From: a virus | UHGV virus genome: UHGV-1357383 | DNA: 45,565 bases | Reading direction: 5' to 3' (one strand) | In this document: positions 42,447 to 45,565 of the stretch, piece after piece | Numbering within the stretch: the first letter of the stretch is position 1 | Layout: each line of letters starts with the position of its first letter | The notes under the pieces: generated by a model | The model's database searches: none | Told to the model about the DNA's origin: nothing | The model's input: the letters and a program-made list of their open reading frames with translations, nothing else | Translations under genes and position numbers: made by a program

Positions 42447-43802
42447 GTGAAGCTATCCAGCATCCACGTTAAATCCCTCGCCATCAACGCTTCCAACATC
42501 TCAACGACCACCATCAACGGCCAGGAACACTACGTCATTCGTGGTGCGGTCCCGATCGTCGATGACATCGTGATGAATGGCGGCCTTTACCCGGCGGAGG
42601 AGATTAACAACAGCTACCAGACGATGGAAGGCAAGCTGATGCCTCTGCCGCATCCGATGGTAGATGGCAAGTACGTCAGCGCCAATGACCCGCGGGCCAT
42701 TAACAGCTATCACGTCGGAGCATGGGCGCAGAACGTCAGCAAGTCAGGCGACCAGGTCGTCATGGACGTTTATATCAATAAGGCGGTCGCCGAGACAAAG
42801 CCTGACGGTAAGCGTCTGATTAATCGCCTAGATGAGATGATCGCCGGCACCAACACCGACCCGATCCACCTGTCTACCGGATTACTCACGAACAAAGAGA
42901 GAAAGTCAGGCGAGTCGAAGCAGAAGAAGTACTCATGGATCGCTCGCAATATGCAGTTCGACCATATCGCTATCCTGCTCGATGAGCCGGGTGCCGGTAC
43001 TCCAGAAGAAGGCGTCGGCATGTTCGTGAATGCCGATGGTCAGGAAGGCGAAGTCGAAACTGCAAGCCTCGTTGAAGCCGCAAATAGCCTCAAAGATGGG
43101 CTGCTGAACAAAGTGAAGTTCTTCCTCACCCATAACTCAGATGCCTCATTCGATGAAATCTACCAGATGCTGCGTGAAGCCATTCGCGCGCCGTCAGGCA
43201 GCGATGTTTATCGCTATGTCGTGACCGTATGGCCAGACAAATTCATCTTCGAAGAGGGCAATAAGCTCTTCCAGCAAAAATACCTCATCGACGACAGCAC
43301 AGTCACGCTGGTCGGCGATCCAGTAGAGGTCGTGCGCAAACCCACTGAGTACGAAGTCAAAACCAACGGAGAAACAAACCCGATGAAAGAGAAGATGATC
43401 GCCGCGCTCAATGCCGCAGGCGTTAAAACCGAGGGGCTGACCGACGATCAGGTCTGGGATGCCTATAACCAGCAGGTTCAGAAGAAAGCAGGCGACCAGC
43501 CGGGTACTCAGATTAACTCTGACGCGATTACCGCAGCAGTAAATCTGGCGATTAAGCCGCTGACCGACGAGATCAGTACTCTGAAAACCCAGCTGCAGGC
43601 CAATGCTGAAAAAGACCTCAATACCAAGCGTGAAGCGGTCAAAGCGAAATTCCCGTTCATGACCGAAGCGGCGATCAACTCGCTGGCCGGCGAAGCGCTG
43701 AACGACATGTACTCGCAGTGCCAGACCAGCACCGGTCTGAACCCGGCATTCCAGGGGAATGGCGCTCAGAGTGAAATCCTTTCTATGGAGGCTCCTGAAT
43801 AA
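42447..43802 (+). CDS. Putative scaffolding / prohead core protein (451 aa)
   Basis: GTG start after GAGGA. Position before the capsid genes. C-terminal coiled-coil. Confidence 0.45.
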   Translation: MKLSSIHVKSLAINASNISTTTINGQEHYVIRGAVPIVDDIVMNGGLYPAEEINNSYQTMEGKLMPLPHPMVDGKYVSANDPRAINSYHVGAWAQNVSKSGDQVVMDVYINKAVAETKPDGKRLINRLDEMIAGTNTDPIHLSTGLLTNKERKSGESKQKKYSWIARNMQFDHIAILLDEPGAGTPEEGVGMFVNADGQEGEVETASLVEAANSLKDGLLNKVKFFLTHNSDASFDEIYQMLREAIRAPSGSDVYRYVVTVWPDKFIFEEGNKLFQQKYLIDDSTVTLVGDPVEVVRKPTEYEVKTNGETNPMKEKMIAALNAAGVKTEGLTDDQVWDAYNQQVQKKAGDQPGTQINSDAITAAVNLAIKPLTDEISTLKTQLQANAEKDLNTKREAVKAKFPFMTEAAINSLAGEALNDMYSQCQTSTGLNPAFQGNGAQSEILSMEAPE

Positions 43803-44263
43803 TGGCTCTCGCACCTCGTTTCCATACCGTAATCGCGGGCCCGGCCCGCAAGAATGACCCGCAGGTCATTGAAGCAATCATGGCGGCAGCAGTGAAGCCT
43901 GGGTCTCTGGTAATGCTGGATAGCACAGGGAAACTGGCCGTTCACAATGTGGCCGGTGGTGCAGGAGTAGCCCTGGCGCTCCAGCACAATTATATCGGCG
44001 GCGGTGATATCCGCGATGCAGTGCCGGCCGGTGATACTGGCGCGGCCATCATGTGCGAAGACGATGTCGATTACCACATGTTGGTAAAGGCTGGCGAAGT
44101 GTTGCTGGAAAACGAAGGTCTGGTTTCTGCCGGTGACGGCACACTGGCCAAGTCGACCACTCCAGCCACCGACCAGGTCCTCTTCTTTTCACGCGAAAAG
44201 ATCACCGTTGGTGCTGAATCCCAGCTCGTGAAAGTTCGCAAATCAGGGAAAGCTACCGCATGA
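43802..44263 (+). CDS. Small head protein (153 aa), function unclear (possibly decoration)
   Basis: Coupled between the scaffold-like gene and the capsid gene. Confidence 0.4.
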   Translation: MALAPRFHTVIAGPARKNDPQVIEAIMAAAVKPGSLVMLDSTGKLAVHNVAGGAGVALALQHNYIGGGDIRDAVPAGDTGAAIMCEDDVDYHMLVKAGEVLLENEGLVSAGDGTLAKSTTPATDQVLFFSREKITVGAESQLVKVRKSGKATA

Positions 44264-45315
44264 GCATGATCGTATTTAACAAAAAGCTGGTTACTGAACA
44301 TAACCAGATCAAGAAGGCATGGAATCAGCTGCTGATGCAGCGCGAATCCTTCAACGTTAACCAGAACAACATTTCCGCCCAGTACGGCGGCGCGCTGGAA
44401 GTTAACCAGGCTGCGCTGATCTCTAAAGACTACTGGCGTGAAGTGGACAACATCACCACCCGAGTATTCCGCAACGACGAAGGCAACGGCCTGCTTGATG
44501 ACCTGCTCGGTCTCGGTACGCCGATCTCTATCGGCAAGACGGCTGCGCTGTACCGCGTTTCCAGTGACGCTGGCAGGGTTCATCGCACACTGACCGGCCA
44601 TGTTCCGGAAGAGCTGGATAAAGTCATCTACGACGAAGCCGGCGACCCGATCCCGATCTTTAACACCGGCTACAGCCGCGAATGGCGTGAGTGGAACGGC
44701 ATGCAGTCCGAAAACCTCGATGCGATGGCCGATGACCAGGAAGCGCACGTTGCGGCTATCCGTGAAGACATGGCTGACTACATGCTTTCAGGCGATGCGA
44801 AGGTGAAGGTGAAGGGGTATGTCGGCGCCGGTATCACCAACCACGCCAACACCAACCAGGTAGACCTGAGTGCATCCGGTCTGAATATTGACCTGACCAC
44901 CTCGACTCCTGATGAATCAGTAGCATTCTTCACCGGTCCGTTCGCCAAACTGCTGGACGATAACTACGTTCAGGAGAAGGTGAAGGTGTGGGCATCCCCG
45001 GATATCATGCGCAACCTGAACCGACCGTATTCCGATGCCGCGGGCTTCAAAGAAGGCACTGTGCTGGAATACATCCTGCGCTATGGTCGAATCGAGTCGT
45101 TCAACCAGACCTTTAAGCTGACCGGTAACCACTTCATTGCGTACGTTCGCAACTCGCAGTACATCAAGACGCGCATCGCCGCGCCGGTGGGTACCTTCAT
45201 GATCCCGCGACAGAATCCGTTCGACAACTACAACACCCTGGTCTGGAGTGCAGTTGGTCTGCAGATTAAGCGTGATTTCAACGGTCGCTCTAAAGTCTTC
45301 AACGCACAGGGTTAA
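44260..45315 (+). CDS. Major capsid protein (351 aa)
   Basis: Position and size in the head module. Followed by a hairpin attenuator. Confidence 0.6.
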   Translation: MSMIVFNKKLVTEHNQIKKAWNQLLMQRESFNVNQNNISAQYGGALEVNQAALISKDYWREVDNITTRVFRNDEGNGLLDDLLGLGTPISIGKTAALYRVSSDAGRVHRTLTGHVPEELDKVIYDEAGDPIPIFNTGYSREWREWNGMQSENLDAMADDQEAHVAAIREDMADYMLSGDAKVKVKGYVGAGITNHANTNQVDLSASGLNIDLTTSTPDESVAFFTGPFAKLLDDNYVQEKVKVWASPDIMRNLNRPYSDAAGFKEGTVLEYILRYGRIESFNQTFKLTGNHFIAYVRNSQYIKTRIAAPVGTFMIPRQNPFDNYNTLVWSAVGLQIKRDFNGRSKVFNAQG

Positions 45316-45336
45316 GGGGCTTCGGCCCCTTTTCTT
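45315..45336 (+). terminator. Hairpin aggggc-ttcg-gcccct plus TTTCTT (attenuator after the capsid gene)
   Basis: Perfect 6-bp GC stem with a partial T-run. Confidence 0.4.
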
Positions 45337-45347
45337 CGGGAGAAAGC

Positions 45348-45565
45348 ATGAAAACGTTAAAGGTCGAGAAAACCGGCTGCTGGGGCATGATTGATGGCGT
45401 CTTCCAGCAACTTCCTGTTGGCCACGAATTCGTCGCGGCGGACATTCCCGCAGCTTTTGCTGGGCGCGTGTCGGTAGTGGGAGAAGTGGAAGATAAAAAG
45501 CTGGAAGTGGCTACGCCTGGTAATGATGCTGCAGAGCAGGCAGAGCAGGCAGAGCAGGCAGAGCA
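45348..45565 (+). CDS. 5' part of the AEQ-repeat protein gene; the ORF runs off the window end into the tandem repeat
   Basis: ATG with GGAGA RBS. MKTLKVEKTGCWGMIDGVFQQLPVGHEFVAADIPAAFAGRVSVVGEVEDKKLEVATPGNDAAEQAEQAEQAE... Confidence 0.6.
   Translation, partial: MKTLKVEKTGCWGMIDGVFQQLPVGHEFVAADIPAAFAGRVSVVGEVEDKKLEVATPGNDAAEQAEQAEQAE
45531..45565. repeat. 9-nt tandem repeat GCAGAGCAG (3.9 units), identical to the window start
   Basis: Direct reading. Confidence 0.9.

Overview
The window reads as a complete, circularly permuted lambdoid siphovirus genome of about 45.5 kb, probably from an Enterobacteriaceae host (GC roughly 50-55%, with AT-rich islands). Both window ends lie inside the same 9-nt tandem repeat (GCAGAGCAG, coding an AEQ repeat). 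One small gene between the capsid gene and the head-tail connector is therefore split across the window boundary.

Plus strand, head and tail genes:
- Head-tail joining genes at 97-1383. These include an HK97 gp10-like protein.
- Two paralogous HNH/AP2 homing-endonuclease cassettes at 1484-2023 and 4125-4712. Each sits behind a nearly identical extended -10 promoter plus 85-nt leader.
- Major tail protein with a C-terminal Ig-like domain, and a tail assembly chaperone.
- A 2-kb AT-rich accessory island at 4713-6735.
- Tape measure gene at 6752-10015, then minor tail, K-like and J-like tip genes.
- A beta-helix (depolymerase-like) tailspike at 13930-16188.

Accessory genes and attachment site:
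- An AT-rich acyltransferase-3 (O-antigen/capsule acetylase-like) moron on the minus strand.
- A UmuD'-like gene pair.
- A tRNA-Arg(TCT) 3' fragment forming the attP core.

Minus-strand early-left operon (18717-24010):
- Integrase, excisionase and a TraR-like zinc finger.
- C5-like and Dam-like methyltransferases.
- YqaJ exonuclease and RecT recombinase.
- Two tiny translationally coupled membrane peptides directly after pL.

Immunity and early-right region (24308-28443):
- cI (HTH plus S24 peptidase) followed by an AT-rich two-gene cassette in the rexAB position.
- A small protein plus a coiled-coil protein with 11-residue repeats and a C-terminal transmembrane anchor.
- cro, a lambda-CII homolog, an O-like replication gene with five ori iterons, and a DnaC-like helicase loader.

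Nin, lysis and packaging (28440-45315):
- A nin-like region with DUF551, DUF1367 and NinG/Rap genes, then a Q-like gene.
- A P21-type lysis cassette: holin, SAR endolysin and Rz/Rz1.
- An HTH gene with a dnaX-like A8 slippery site flanked by palindromes.
- TerS, TerL, portal and a Mu-F-like head morphogenesis protein.
- A low-GC membrane-protein moron with its own terminator.
- Scaffold-like protein and major capsid protein.

Most interesting candidate system: the cI-linked rex-position cassette. Other candidates are the tail-module island, the twin pL-proximal membrane peptides and the head-module membrane moron.
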